From NCBI GenBank assembly GCA_963745835.1, contig CAVUZH010000003.1, positions 1,088,001 to 1,152,000 of the forward strand: a stretch of DNA of 64,000 nucleotides, written 5' to 3'. Source of the DNA: an uncultured delta proteobacterium. GTDB lineage: Bacteria > Desulfobacterota > Binatia > UBA9968. This document shows positions 39,445-50,329 of the stretch, piece after piece. The first letter of the stretch is position 1. Every line of letters starts with the position of its first letter. A program made the position numbers and the translations under genes. Below the pieces are notes generated by a model. That model was not told the DNA's origin. It saw only the letters and a list, made by a program, of their open reading frames with translations, and made no database searches.

Positions 39445-40362
39445 ATGAAAAAAACGATCGATCTCGAAGCACGTATCGCTCGCAACAAAACAGTCGATCG
39501 CCTATTCGTCGTGTTTGGGCTATTGGCCACTTTCATCGGCCTGCTGACTCTTGCTGCGCTCATGATCGACCTCGCCTTAGACGGGGTCGGCAGATTCAGT
39601 TATGAATTTTTTACTTCGTTTCCGTCGCGATTTGCCTCAAGAGCAGGAATACTCTCTGCCTGGGTTGGTACGATCTTGGTCATGATCGTTACTGCGGTTA
39701 CCGCTGTTCCTCTGGGGATTGCCGCCGGAGTTTATCTGGAAGAGTACGCGCCCAAGAACTGGTTAACCGCCCTGATCGAAATCAACATTGCCAATTTAGC
39801 CGGAGTTCCCTCGATAGTTTACGGACTGATGGCATTGGGCCTCTTTGTCTACCAACTCCGACTTGGACAGAGCATCCTAACGGCCGGTCTGACCCTAGCC
39901 TTGCTGATTCTGCCGATCGTCATTGTTGCAACACGGGAGGCAATTCGAGCAGTTCCGGGGAGTATGCGCGAAGCGGCCCTAGCTCTTGGCGCGACTAAAT
40001 GGCAGATGGTCAAAGACCATGTTGTTCCCTACTCTACCGGAGGCATTTTGACCGGCGTGATTATCGCCCTATCTCGAGCGATCGGCGAGACCGCGCCGCT
40101 TATCACCATCGGTGCCCTGACGTTTATCGCTTTTCTCCCCGGGGCGCCGATCCAAGCTGAATTTCCGTTCATTTCATTTGAATGGCTGATGTCGCCTTTT
40201 ACCGTGATGCCGATACAGATGTTCAACTGGGTCTCCCGTCCTCAGGAGGAGTTTCATCTAAACGCCGCAGCAACCGGCCTGGTCCTCATGTTCATGACCC
40301 TGGCGATGAATGCAGTTGCGATTTATTTGCGCTACCGCTTTCGTAAGCGCATCAAGTGGTAA
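39445..40362 (+). CDS. pstA: Phosphate ABC transporter permease PstA
   Basis: [41 protein letters not shown]. Confidence 0.96.
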   Translation: MKKTIDLEARIARNKTVDRLFVVFGLLATFIGLLTLAALMIDLALDGVGRFSYEFFTSFPSRFASRAGILSAWVGTILVMIVTAVTAVPLGIAAGVYLEEYAPKNWLTALIEINIANLAGVPSIVYGLMALGLFVYQLRLGQSILTAGLTLALLILPIVIVATREAIRAVPGSMREAALALGATKWQMVKDHVVPYSTGGILTGVIIALSRAIGETAPLITIGALTFIAFLPGAPIQAEFPFISFEWLMSPFTVMPIQMFNWVSRPQEEFHLNAAATGLVLMFMTLAMNAVAIYLRYRFRKRIKW

Positions 40363-40399
40363 CAGGTACAAAGTGAAAAACAACGTGAATGGAGGTACA

Positions 40400-41248
40400 A
40401 TGGCTCTGCAGGAACAAGCGGCGGTATCGAGGATTGAGGCGCCGGTAGTGAAACGAGACGGAGCGATGGAAAAGATAAACTTAACTGAAACTTCTTCGCC
40501 CATCATCCAAATTAAAGATCTGAATTTCTATTACGGTTCCAAGCATGCCCTTAAATCCATAACTGTTAATATCTCCGAGAAGAAGGCTACCGCGTTTATC
40601 GGCCCTTCAGGCTGTGGTAAAACGACTCTGTTGCGGTGCTTGAACCGCATGAATGATCTCATTCCCGATGTGCGCGTCACCGGCAGCATCACTCTGGATG
40701 GCAAGGACATTTATGGATCCTCCACGGACGTCATCCAATTGCGTCGGAGAGTCGGGATGATTTTTCAGAAGTGGAATCCATTCCCAAAGAGTATCTATGA
40801 AAACGTGGTCTACGGACTGCGGATTATCGGCGTCAGCGACCGTCAGCACCTGGACGAAGTGGTTGAGAGTACATTGAGGCGGGCGGCACTGTGGGACGAA
40901 GTGAAAGACACTCTGCACAAGAGCGCCGCTGAGCTCTCGGGGGGACAACAGCAGCGGCTCTGCATCGCGCGAGCTCTTGCCGTTGAGCCAGAAGTACTGT
41001 TGATGGACGAACCTTGCTCAGCTCTGGATCCGATTTCTACAGCGAAGATCGAAGAGCTTATTCATGAGCTCAAAGACGCGTTTACGATCGTGATCGTGAC
41101 TCACAACATGCAGCAGGCGGCGCGCGTTTCCGACCGTACGGCGTTCTTCTATCTCGGCGAGATAATCGAATATGGCGAGACTGGCAAACTTTTTACCAAT
41201 CCCGATAAACGGCAGACCGAGGACTACATCACCGGACGATTCGGTTAG
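40400..41248 (+). CDS. pstB: Phosphate ABC transporter ATPase PstB
   Basis: [49 protein letters not shown]; start at ATG 40400 after GGAGG. Confidence 0.97.
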   Translation: MALQEQAAVSRIEAPVVKRDGAMEKINLTETSSPIIQIKDLNFYYGSKHALKSITVNISEKKATAFIGPSGCGKTTLLRCLNRMNDLIPDVRVTGSITLDGKDIYGSSTDVIQLRRRVGMIFQKWNPFPKSIYENVVYGLRIIGVSDRQHLDEVVESTLRRAALWDEVKDTLHKSAAELSGGQQQRLCIARALAVEPEVLLMDEPCSALDPISTAKIEELIHELKDAFTIVIVTHNMQQAARVSDRTAFFYLGEIIEYGETGKLFTNPDKRQTEDYITGRFG

Positions 41249-41259
41249 CGGAGGAGCTC

Positions 41260-41946
41260 ATGCAAACCGCCCATACGGATAAAAGGTACGAAGAAGAGCT
41301 TAAGAAGCTGCGTGAAGAAATCCTCTACATGGGAGGGCTGGTAGAGGATCAGATTCAAAAAGCGGTCAAATCACTCGTCGATCGGGACTCCAATTTGGCC
41401 GAAGTGATCATCGAGCGCGATCATGAAGTGAACCGCTTAGACGTCGATATCGACGAACTTTGCATCCGTTTGCTCGCTCTCCATCAGCCCGCCGGACGGG
41501 ATCTTCGCTTCATTACCACCGGGCTTAAAATCACCACGGACCTGGAGCGGATCGGCGATATGGCGGTTAATATCTGCGAGCGCGCGTTAGAGCTCAATCA
41601 GGAGCCGCAGTTAAAACCGTACATCGACATACCGCGCATGGCACAGATAGCCCAGCGGATGATCCAGCAGAGTTTAGACGCTTTCGTTCGCGAGGATACC
41701 GATCTCGCGCTTCGGGTTTGTAAGGAGGACAGCGAGGTCGATCAACTCAATGCGCAGATCTTCCGAGAGATTCTCACGTTCATGATCGAAAATGTTCAAA
41801 CCATTAGCCGGGGAACAAAGATTAGTTCCGTATCAAAATACCTCGAACGCATCGCCGATCATGCCACCAATATTGCCGAGATGGTTGTCTTCATGGTGAA
41901 GGGCAAGAGCATCCGGCACATGAAGGAACTGCCGCCGTCAATCTAA
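41260..41946 (+). CDS. phoU: Phosphate signalling complex protein PhoU
   Basis: MGGLVE, QPAGRDLR, DLERIGD, LERIADHATNIAE. Confidence 0.97.
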   Translation: MQTAHTDKRYEEELKKLREEILYMGGLVEDQIQKAVKSLVDRDSNLAEVIIERDHEVNRLDVDIDELCIRLLALHQPAGRDLRFITTGLKITTDLERIGDMAVNICERALELNQEPQLKPYIDIPRMAQIAQRMIQQSLDAFVREDTDLALRVCKEDSEVDQLNAQIFREILTFMIENVQTISRGTKISSVSKYLERIADHATNIAEMVVFMVKGKSIRHMKELPPSI

Positions 41947-41949
41947 TTT

Positions 41950-42669
41950 ATGAGCAGCTTAAGTCAAAAAATTCTCGTGGTCGAAGATGAGCCGGATATC
42001 CGCAAGTTGATAAACTATAATCTGGCGCAAGAGCGTTTTAAAGTGTTGGAAGCCGAGGACGGCGAACAGGCCCTCAAACTTTTGCAGCGTGAGAAGCCAA
42101 ACCTCGTCATCTTAGATCTCATGCTTCCCGGCCTTTCCGGATTAGAGTTATGCAAGATTCTTCGCGACCGAACCGATACCACACACCTTCCTATTCTTAT
42201 GTTGACGGCGAAAGCTGGAGAAGCCGACAAAGTCGTAGGCTTGGAAATGGGCGCCGACGATTATTTGGCGAAACCATTTAGCCCGCGGGAAATGGTGGCT
42301 CGAGTTCGAGCGATCCTCCGCCGCTCCGAGTCTTCAACGGCGGCAGAATCGGCGCCGTATTATGAAAAAGGCGCACTGAAAATTGATTTCAGCACTTATG
42401 AGGTTTTTGCCCGGGGGCAGCAAATCAAGCTGACTCTGAAGGAATTTGAGCTTCTGCGTTTTTTGGTCCAGAATTCAAATCGCGTGCTCAGTCGCGACCA
42501 ATTACTTGATCGAGTATGGGGTGGTGAAACCTTCGTGACACCAAGGACTGTCGATGTCCACATCCGCCGTTTACGTAAAGCCGTTGAAGAAGATGATCGC
42601 AAACCGAGGTTGATTCTGACGTTACGAGGAGTTGGTTATAAATTCGATGAGAAGGCTTTGGCAGAATAG
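41950..42669 (+). CDS. phoB: OmpR-family response regulator PhoB/PhoP
   Basis: REC domain (LDLMLP, GADDYLAKPFS) plus winged helix (RTVDVHIRRLR, TLRGVGY); follows phoU. Confidence 0.9.
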   Translation: MSSLSQKILVVEDEPDIRKLINYNLAQERFKVLEAEDGEQALKLLQREKPNLVILDLMLPGLSGLELCKILRDRTDTTHLPILMLTAKAGEADKVVGLEMGADDYLAKPFSPREMVARVRAILRRSESSTAAESAPYYEKGALKIDFSTYEVFARGQQIKLTLKEFELLRFLVQNSNRVLSRDQLLDRVWGGETFVTPRTVDVHIRRLRKAVEEDDRKPRLILTLRGVGYKFDEKALAE

Positions 42670-44452
42670 CCTTGTTGTAAAATTTTTCTTAAGTTATCTC
42701 GCCGTCGTTACCCTACTTTTCACCAGCTTCTATCTCTATTCCGGCACTGTTGTTAGGGATTTCTATGTGTCATCGCTCGGTGAAAGGCTCGAGCTCGAAG
42801 CTCGGCTATTAGCAAAGGCACTACCTTCTCTTTCAGACAACCACGAGTTTGACCTCCTGTGCCGAAACTTAGCGAACGAGTTGGTAACCCGCATCACAAT
42901 TGTCGGCGCTGATGGTCGAGTCTTATGCGATTCGGTAGAGGCGTCGGCAACGATGGAAAATCACCGTTGGCGGCCAGAAGTCGTCGAGGCCTTAAAAACT
43001 GGCTCCGGCTTCTCTTTTCGCTACAGCACGACCACAGGCGAAGAGTTATTTTACCGCGCGTTTTTACAAGATGAGGGCGAAAGTCAAAGGATCGTGCGTT
43101 TGGCCATCGCTCTTGACAAAGTTCAGGCGGTTACAAATTCGTTGCGCCGCAGTCTTTTCCTCGGATTCCTTGTCGCCTCAGCGGTCGGCTTGCTGCTCGC
43201 TTTTGCCTTTTCCCGGCGCTTGAGCCAGCGCGTGAAGCGGCTAGTTGAATTTTCCGGTCAAGTGGCCGAAGGAGTTTTTCCCCAGAACTTCTTCGGTAAA
43301 TCAGGACGCGACGAAATTCACCGCTTAGAACGCCACCTAAATGACATGAGTGAAAAGATTCGCCAAAATGTTCAGCAGGTTATCGCCGAAAAAGAAAAGG
43401 CAAATTCGATTTTGCGGGGCATGATGGAAGGCGTTTTAGTGATCGATCCGAAGGGACGAGTCTTGGTCATCAACGAGCAAGCGCAAAGAATGTTCAACCT
43501 ATCTCCCGACCGAGACGTCCGTGGCGCCTCCATATTAGAATTATCGCGCCATCCGGAGATGAAGAAATTAATCGAGCAAGTTTTGGTTTTTGATTTTACG
43601 AGCGAGCGGTATTCCAGACAGGTTGAGTTGCATGAAGGTAGATGGTTTCGCGTTAATGCGGTGAGCCTCAGGAACAATCAGAGTAGCACGTACGGTTCTA
43701 TTTTGGTTTTTCACGATATTACAGAGGTAAAGCAATTGGAAAGAATGCGCTCCGATTTCGTGGCAAACGTATCACATGAGCTGCGCACGCCGCTAACAGC
43801 GATTCGGGGGTATGCGGAAACCCTTCGTCAGACTCCGCCGGACGATCCAGCCGACGCACAACACTTTCTGAGCGTCATAGAAAAACATGCTGAACGGCTC
43901 AGTCGTCTGACGGAAGACTTGCTGACACTCTCGGATCTCGAATCGGGCAAAATCGAAATAGACTTCAATCCGGTCGATATCAAACGTGTGGTGCAAAGCG
44001 TCTCAGAAGTGTTCTCGGACGCAGCCAACAAGAAGCAGGTTACCTTAGAGCAGGTCATCGAACAGGGACTTCCTGCCGTGATGGGCGACGTTGATCGCTT
44101 GCAGCAACTCCTTATCAATCTCGTAGATAATGCCGTCAAGTATACTCCGGTCAACGGAACAGTGGTCGTCAAAGCTCAACGAATCACGATCAACAGCAGC
44201 ATCGACGCAGTTGAACTTTCGGTTATCGATACTGGCACCGGAATCCCCGAACACGCTATTCCGCGGCTCACCGAAAGATTCTACCGCGTCGACAATGCGC
44301 GCTCCCGAGACTTGGGCGGCACCGGACTAGGCCTCGCAATCGTCAAACACATTGCGCAGGCGCATGGAGCACAATTAAAGATCGAAAGTGCTCTGCACAA
44401 GGGCACGATGGTTTCGGTGTTGCTGCCGACAGCCGCGGAAGTATCGACATAA
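42647..44452 (+). CDS. phoR: Sensor histidine kinase PhoR (HAMP-PAS-HisKA-HATPase)
   Basis: MENH..RPEV, FVANVSHELRTPLT, NLVDNAVKY, RFYRVD..RSR..GGTGLGLAIVKH. Confidence 0.92.
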   Translation: MRRLWQNSLVVKFFLSYLAVVTLLFTSFYLYSGTVVRDFYVSSLGERLELEARLLAKALPSLSDNHEFDLLCRNLANELVTRITIVGADGRVLCDSVEASATMENHRWRPEVVEALKTGSGFSFRYSTTTGEELFYRAFLQDEGESQRIVRLAIALDKVQAVTNSLRRSLFLGFLVASAVGLLLAFAFSRRLSQRVKRLVEFSGQVAEGVFPQNFFGKSGRDEIHRLERHLNDMSEKIRQNVQQVIAEKEKANSILRGMMEGVLVIDPKGRVLVINEQAQRMFNLSPDRDVRGASILELSRHPEMKKLIEQVLVFDFTSERYSRQVELHEGRWFRVNAVSLRNNQSSTYGSILVFHDITEVKQLERMRSDFVANVSHELRTPLTAIRGYAETLRQTPPDDPADAQHFLSVIEKHAERLSRLTEDLLTLSDLESGKIEIDFNPVDIKRVVQSVSEVFSDAANKKQVTLEQVIEQGLPAVMGDVDRLQQLLINLVDNAVKYTPVNGTVVVKAQRITINSSIDAVELSVIDTGTGIPEHAIPRLTERFYRVDNARSRDLGGTGLGLAIVKHIAQAHGAQLKIESALHKGTMVSVLLPTAAEVST

Positions 44453-44898
44453 AAATTACTTTTCTCTGCACCCGCCAGACTCATAGTGAAACCAAATGGC
44501 CAACGTTTCGGCCGATCACCGAACGAACGGGCGAATTTCTTCCTAGCATCAGCCCCCAGCCCGATCCTTGCCTTAATATTATCCCACCGAGCACTGACCA
44601 ACAAAGTCATTCAGCTTCAGAGTGAAGGTCGTACACTTTTCGGCTCTGTCGCAACCGTACGATGATCGATTCATGGGTCGATACTTCCTCGCCACGGTCT
44701 TTGATATGAGACAAATGTCGATTGCGCCCTCTTCCATCACCCACTCTCTTCAAGTATTCAGAAGGCTCGCAATGACGATCACGGTTCAGCGGTTATACGT
44801 CTTCAAATGCAGTTAAGGAGGGCCATGTTTGCAGAGCTAACCTTGACAATGACTGAAGGCTACTGCTAGATAGAAAGCTTCACCAGCAATGCATCGGT

Positions 44899-45513
44899 AT
44901 GTTCAATTTCGCTCCGCATAAAGAAAAGTTTTTTGATCTGTTCAGGCAAGCCGCGGAAAATGCTCTGGCTGGCGCGCGAGCGCTCAAAGAAATGCTTGAA
45001 CATTACGATAACCCTGAAGAGTCTTGGAGGAAAATTAAAGACCTGGAGCATGAAGGAGACCGGATTACACACAGGACAATCCGCAGCTTAAATCAAACCT
45101 TCCTCACTCCGATTGACGCCGAAGACATTCACGCGCTAATTACTGCGTTGGATAATGTGATGGACGCAATCGAGGCTGCAGCGTCGCGCATGGTCCTTTT
45201 CCGCATTGACGAGCCCACCGCCGAAGCCAGAGAACTGAGCGACATCATCGTGACATCCACAGAACAACTCGTTAAAGCGGTTTCACACATGCCGCGATTG
45301 GATGATATCGACGAGTATTGCATCGAAATCAACCGGCTTGAAAACACCGCGGATGATATTTATCGCAAAGCCATTGGTCGGCTCTTTGAAAACGGAACGC
45401 CTCCTCTGGACGTCATCAAATGGCTCGACGTTTACGAAATCCTGGAATCTGCTACTGATCGCTGCGAGGACGTAGCGAACACTCTCGAGACCGTCGGTCT
45501 GAAAAACTCCTAA
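44899..45513 (+). CDS. DUF47 / PhoU-like phosphate transport regulator
   Basis: EKFFDLF, LEHEGD, TFLTPID.EDI, LE..ADDIYR, LESATDRCEDVA. Confidence 0.92.
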   Translation: MFNFAPHKEKFFDLFRQAAENALAGARALKEMLEHYDNPEESWRKIKDLEHEGDRITHRTIRSLNQTFLTPIDAEDIHALITALDNVMDAIEAAASRMVLFRIDEPTAEARELSDIIVTSTEQLVKAVSHMPRLDDIDEYCIEINRLENTADDIYRKAIGRLFENGTPPLDVIKWLDVYEILESATDRCEDVANTLETVGLKNS

Positions 45514-45534
45514 GCTTCTCCATCATTCCTCAAC

Positions 45535-46533
45535 ATGCTCGACGGCAACCTGTTGCTTCTTCTGGTCCTGGGACTCATTCTGGCCGCCGAATTCGTCAAC
45601 GGGTGGACCGACTCACCGAACGCTATCGCCACGGTTGTTTCGACCCGCGTGCTTCCGCCTTATCAGGCGCTGATCATGGCAACGGTGCTCAATGCCATAG
45701 GCGCCATGTCGGGCACCGCGGTCGCGGCAACGATTGGCAAAGATATCGTACGTCCAGAAATCATCAATCTTACTACTGTGGCGGCTGCTATGGTTGGAAT
45801 CATCGTTTGGAGCACGCTGGCGTGGTACTACGGGTTACCGACAAGCGAAAGTCATGCTCTCATCGCCGGCTTGACGGGTGCCGGACTCGCTACCGCTGGT
45901 CCGGAAAGCCTGCTCTGGACGGGCTGGAGCAAGGTCCTAATCGGTCTGGTATTTTCCTCATTTTTGGGTTTTGGTGGCGGCTTGTTGCTGATGGGCGTTT
46001 TATACCGCACGCTGGCTCACAGCCGACCGGGTAAAGTCCGGCGCATCTTTGGACGCCTGCAAATTCTCTCGGCAGCGTTCATGGCGTTTAGTCATGGTTC
46101 CAACGACGGCCAGAAATTCATCGGCGTGTTTACTTTGGCTCTCCTACTTGGCGGAATTTTACCCGAATTCAGGGTACCAATCTGGGTGATCTTACTTTGT
46201 GCTGTAACGATGGGTGTAGGAACCGCCGTCGGCGGATGGCGGATTGTTCGTACGATGGGACTGCGCCTCACCAAGCTTGAACCGGTTCATGGTTTCGCCG
46301 CCGAAACTGCCGCTGCGGTCACAATCGAGGTGGCCACTCGGCTCGGGATCCCGGTCAGTACAACTCAAACCATCAACACTGCCATCATCGGGGTCGGTGC
46401 CACTCGGAGGCTCTCGGCTGTGCGTTGGGGGGTAACGTTCGAAATCGTGACCGCGTGGATACTGACATTTCCGGTTTGTGGTGCGATCGGCTGGTTGGCG
46501 ACGAAACTTTTTATCTTCTTTCAAGCGGTATGA
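45535..46533 (+). CDS. pit: Inorganic phosphate transporter (PiT family)
   Basis: NGWTDSPNAIATVVSTR, GLPTSESHAL, HGSNDGQK, GGWRIVRTMG, PVSTT. Confidence 0.93.
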   Translation: MLDGNLLLLLVLGLILAAEFVNGWTDSPNAIATVVSTRVLPPYQALIMATVLNAIGAMSGTAVAATIGKDIVRPEIINLTTVAAAMVGIIVWSTLAWYYGLPTSESHALIAGLTGAGLATAGPESLLWTGWSKVLIGLVFSSFLGFGGGLLLMGVLYRTLAHSRPGKVRRIFGRLQILSAAFMAFSHGSNDGQKFIGVFTLALLLGGILPEFRVPIWVILLCAVTMGVGTAVGGWRIVRTMGLRLTKLEPVHGFAAETAAAVTIEVATRLGIPVSTTQTINTAIIGVGATRRLSAVRWGVTFEIVTAWILTFPVCGAIGWLATKLFIFFQAV

Positions 46534-46557
46534 TAGCGCTTGCCGGCCCACAAAAAC

Positions 46558-46851
46558 TTAGCGCGATGTGAACGAGTAACTTCTGACGGTATTATCCTTG
46601 TTGAAGACCACGTACAGATCTTTGGACTCGCGCAGCTGGCCGAGCTCGTAATATTGATAACTGTAGACCCAATTTTCCAGGCCGTTTTCTAGGCCTCTTC
46701 TTATTGGTTCGCCAAAGTCTGCATAAATCTCCCTCTGAGTCGTCACATCGTTTCTGATATTCCTTACCGGCGAAATATCGAAATTGCGACCCTGATAAAA
46801 ACATCCGGATAGTATCAACGCAGCAAAAATGGCTGGAATGATGCGCCCCAT
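46558..46851 (-). CDS. Small lipoprotein (SmpA/OmlA-like)
   Basis: Lipobox LSGC; TTQREI..DFGEP, WVY, LYVVF. Confidence 0.75.
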   Translation of the reverse strand: MGRIIPAIFAALILSGCFYQGRNFDISPVRNIRNDVTTQREIYADFGEPIRRGLENGLENWVYSYQYYELGQLRESKDLYVVFNKDNTVRSYSFTSR

Positions 46852-46858
46852 GTTAGTT

Positions 46859-47479
46859 CTATATCTCTCTCCGGCCTTCAAGAGCTTTGCCCAACGTCAC
46901 CGCATCAGTATATTCAAGGTCGCCGCCCATCGGCAGCCCACGGGCAATTCGGGTTACCGAAACGCCCAATGGTTTGATCACTTTGGATAGATAAAGCGCG
47001 GTCGCTTCCCCATCCATTGTCGGGTTAGTGGCGACAATAATTTCTTGAACCACTTCGCTCTTGATTCTTGCGAGCAATTCTTTGATGCGTAATGCATCCG
47101 GCCCGATACCGTCCAATGGTGAGATGGTTCCATGAAGCACGTGATAAAGCCCGCGAAATTCCTGTGATCTTTCTACCGCGATCAAATCCGACGGCTCTTC
47201 AACGACGCAGATGCTTTGCTGGTCTCGTTCAGGATTTCGGCAAATTATGCAAACACTCGTTTCGCCGCTCTGCGGATCGACCTCGCTGAATCCGAAGCAA
47301 ATTCGGCAGAGTCCCATTTCTTTGCGCAACTTGCCGATACTGTCGGCAAGATTGAAAACATCGTCTTTCTTTCCTTTTAACATGTGAAATGCCAGGCGCG
47401 CCGCCGTTTTTTCCCCAATTCCAGGAAGCTTCGATAACTCTTGAACCAGCCGTGCAAGAGGCGCGGGATAAGCACTCAT
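46859..47479 (-). CDS. recR: Recombination mediator RecR
   Basis: LPGIGEKTAARLA, C4 zinc finger, YHVLHG, ATNPT.DGEATA, GGDLEY.D. Confidence 0.97.
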   Translation of the reverse strand: MSAYPAPLARLVQELSKLPGIGEKTAARLAFHMLKGKKDDVFNLADSIGKLRKEMGLCRICFGFSEVDPQSGETSVCIICRNPERDQQSICVVEEPSDLIAVERSQEFRGLYHVLHGTISPLDGIGPDALRIKELLARIKSEVVQEIIVATNPTMDGEATALYLSKVIKPLGVSVTRIARGLPMGGDLEYTDAVTLGKALEGRREI

Positions 47480-47802
47480 ATGGACAGTCCCGGGATTTTA
47501 AGTCCCCCGGTAATCTTACTCATTTCCGTTGAAGCCATGTCACGTGCCTTACGCATACCATCATTAATTGCAGCCATAATCAGATCCTCGAGCATCTCCT
47601 TTTCTTCGGAATTGATTACGCTTGGATCGATCTTAATCGCCGTAAGTGCAAGTTGACCATTCACCGTCACCTGAACCATACCACCGCCAGCCGATCCATC
47701 CACGGTTTTTTGTGCCAACTCTTCCTGGATCTTTGCCATACGCGACTGCATTTCCTGCGCTTGTTTGAGCAAATTACCCATTCCGCCAATTCCTTTAGCC
47801 AT
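47476..47802 (-). CDS. ybaB: Nucleoid-associated protein YbaB/EbfC
   Basis: KQAQEMQ, GSAGGGMV, EMLEDLIMAAIND; between dnaX and recR. Confidence 0.95.
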   Translation of the reverse strand: MAKGIGGMGNLLKQAQEMQSRMAKIQEELAQKTVDGSAGGGMVQVTVNGQLALTAIKIDPSVINSEEKEMLEDLIMAAINDGMRKARDMASTEMSKITGGLKIPGLSI

Positions 47803-47837
47803 GGATCCTCCTACTTTAAACGTTAAATCGATCTTCC

Positions 47838-49508
47838 TTAGATTTTGTCGGTCCGAACTCCTTTGATCGAGCCGCCGAAAATCCGCAGCGCTTCCTTAAC
47901 CATTTCGCTGCCGCTCTCACCGCTTGCCAGGGACCCCTGCTGCTGAGACTTGGCAGGCGTAGCGTCCAACTGAATCAACTGGATTGTCATCTCGCGCGAA
48001 AAGAAACGTTTTGCAAAGCTTCTCAAGAGAGTCATGTTCTCGAGATCTTGCAGATAGTTAAGATGATGCTTCTCGGCAATCCCTATAGTCAAAGATTCGG
48101 GTGCAATAGCCACAACGCTGCCGGATTCCAAATGGGATGCCAATAGTTTCTTCTCTTTGCCGATAAACGAGACAAACGTCCGCCAGACCTGGTCTTTGTC
48201 CTGTGAAATGGCAGACGCTGAAGACGGCGCCGTGGTCGCTTCGACGGGATCCGGACTAACGTTACTCGAGAGCCGCGGTGCTAGCGTTTTCATTCCCACA
48301 GGAGCCGCTTCTCGCTCGCTGACTAGCCGGGTCTCAAGCTGTGTGAGCCGTTCGATCAGTTGACTAAGCGGAAGAGTTTTAGGCAGCATCGCTAATCGCA
48401 CTAGCAGCGTCTCCAAAATGAAACGAGGATTGGCGGCGCGCGCGATCTCGTCCTCCCCCGCTGCCATAAGCTCGAAATAATCCAACAAAGTATCAATAGA
48501 CACATTGGCCACCTGGGAGCCCAACGCGATGACCTCTTGGTCCGGCAAATCGAGAAGTTCCGCTCGCTCCCGATCCGCAAGGTCCTTTGGTTTTTTTTGT
48601 CCACATAGCTGCGCAACCATTAGATTTCGAAAATGCTCCACCAAATCTTTTGACAACCGGGTTAAGTCGCGTCCCTGCTCAGCGGCCTGCGCCACCAATT
48701 CCAGGCATCGTTTACCATCGCCGGCGATGATTGACGCTGAGATCTCAAAAAGCATGCGCCTTTCGGCCAGCCCTAACATCTCCTGTAGCGCTGTTTCATC
48801 TACTTCAGTTGCTTGCTCTGTCCCGAAGCAGGATAACACTTGCTCCAATAACGACTGAGCGTCTCGCATGCTTCCGTCCGCTTCGCGAGCAACCGCTATC
48901 AAAGCGCCTTGGCTAATCGTGAGACCTTCTCTGGCGGAAATGTCACCTAACCGTTGAACGATTTCTTTCAGCGATATGCGCCGGAAATCAAACCGCTGGC
49001 AGCGAGACAAGATTGTCTCGGGCAACCGATGCGGCTCGGTGGTGGCAAGAATGAATTTCACCGAGGCTGGAGGCTCCTCAAGGGTTTTCAGCAGTGCGTT
49101 AAAAGCGTCTTTAGTAACCTGGTGCACTTCATCGATAATGTAAATCTTGAACGCGCAACGCGCCGGTTGATAGCGAACGTTTTCGATGATCTGACGGACC
49201 TCATCAATTCCGCGATTGGAGGCGCCATCAATCTCGATTACATCGATACAATTTCCCTGGATAATTTCTTTGCACTGAACGCATTCGTTACAAGGGGTTG
49301 GAGTCGGACCCTTAGCGCAATTGAGTGCTTTCGCGAGAATCCTAGCTGCGGTTGTTTTCCCGACTCCGCGAACGCCAGTAAACAGGTAGGCGTGAGCTAT
49401 ACGGCCTGCTCGTATAGAATTCTGTAAGGTGCGAGTGATGTGACTTTGTCCCGAGATATCTTCAAAGTTCTGAGGACGCCACTTACGCGCGAGGACGAGG
49501 TAAGACAT
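47838..49508 (-). CDS. dnaX: DNA polymerase III subunit gamma/tau
   Basis: YLVLARKWRPQ, GVRGVGKTT, EIDGASN, IIDEVH, NALLKTLEEPP, TILSRCQ, GSMRDA. Confidence 0.98.
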   Translation of the reverse strand: MSYLVLARKWRPQNFEDISGQSHITRTLQNSIRAGRIAHAYLFTGVRGVGKTTAARILAKALNCAKGPTPTPCNECVQCKEIIQGNCIDVIEIDGASNRGIDEVRQIIENVRYQPARCAFKIYIIDEVHQVTKDAFNALLKTLEEPPASVKFILATTEPHRLPETILSRCQRFDFRRISLKEIVQRLGDISAREGLTISQGALIAVAREADGSMRDAQSLLEQVLSCFGTEQATEVDETALQEMLGLAERRMLFEISASIIAGDGKRCLELVAQAAEQGRDLTRLSKDLVEHFRNLMVAQLCGQKKPKDLADRERAELLDLPDQEVIALGSQVANVSIDTLLDYFELMAAGEDEIARAANPRFILETLLVRLAMLPKTLPLSQLIERLTQLETRLVSEREAAPVGMKTLAPRLSSNVSPDPVEATTAPSSASAISQDKDQVWRTFVSFIGKEKKLLASHLESGSVVAIAPESLTIGIAEKHHLNYLQDLENMTLLRSFAKRFFSREMTIQLIQLDATPAKSQQQGSLASGESGSEMVKEALRIFGGSIKGVRTDKI

Positions 49509-49595
49509 GTGGTTCCTTCGAGATTTTCAGCGAAAGTTCAGACCAATCAACACAGACGCGATCTATGATTTTACCACGAGTTAGCGAAGAGACTG

Positions 49596-49724
49596 GGATG
49601 CCCATTGCTGACAGCCAGGCTACCCTGTGGCACAGGGGAATTCCGGTACCGCTGCTTCCTTCCGGATCTGACGGGGTTCGCGGCTCCTTCTTGCACAGGA
49701 CCTAACTATCAGCAATCGACATCC
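49596..49724 (-). ncRNA. ffs: Signal recognition particle RNA (4.5S)
   Basis: Minus strand has the helix-8 core GTCAGATCCGGAAGGAAGCAGC inside a long hairpin (GGATG.../...CATCC); canonical position upstream of dnaX. Ends approximate. Confidence 0.92.
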
Positions 49725-49802
49725 AATTTCAGAATAGCGTCGGACCAAACGCTCCTGTATTTACAGCCCGACTTTTGCTTCCATCGCCCGCGTTTTTTCA
49801 GG

Positions 49803-49893
<91 letters not shown>

Positions 49894-50243
49894 CTCTTTT
49901 ATCCATTTATCTAGGTTAGGACGACACAGACGCGCACCAACGAAATTACCACAGCGGTGTTTTGTTTTCCACAAAGCTAACCGTCGAGTTTCAAATGGGC
50001 ACTTCGCGGCTCGGCGATTCCCTAATTCGCCTTTATTAAGGTCGCTAATCGTTCGATTGAGACCGGCTAGACGACGCTCTAATCGACTCTGATCCAACTG
50101 GCGCTTGGTCGGGAGGACATTTGGTGACGATTACACGCGCGCAAGTTCGCGCTCGATGGGGTAGTAAAACTAAGAACCCGACGCGACAGCACTATGAGAT
50201 ACATACAGCGATACTCACAATTGAATCCGTACTCGGGTGCGGT

Positions 50244-50287
50244 TCGTTTCATATCCTTACCCACTCGTTTCATATCCTTACCCACTC
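50244..50287. repeat. Perfect 21-bp tandem duplication
   Basis: TCGTTTCATATCCTTACCCAC twice, plus TC. Confidence 0.9.
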
Positions 50288-50329
50288 CTAGAGCTGGGAC
50301 CTGGGAGCCCGGGAAAGCGTCGATGGACG

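Noticed and set aside
44453-44898. Gene or ncRNA in the phoR-DUF47 gap
   Set aside because: Only short ORFs without motifs and no convincing structure.
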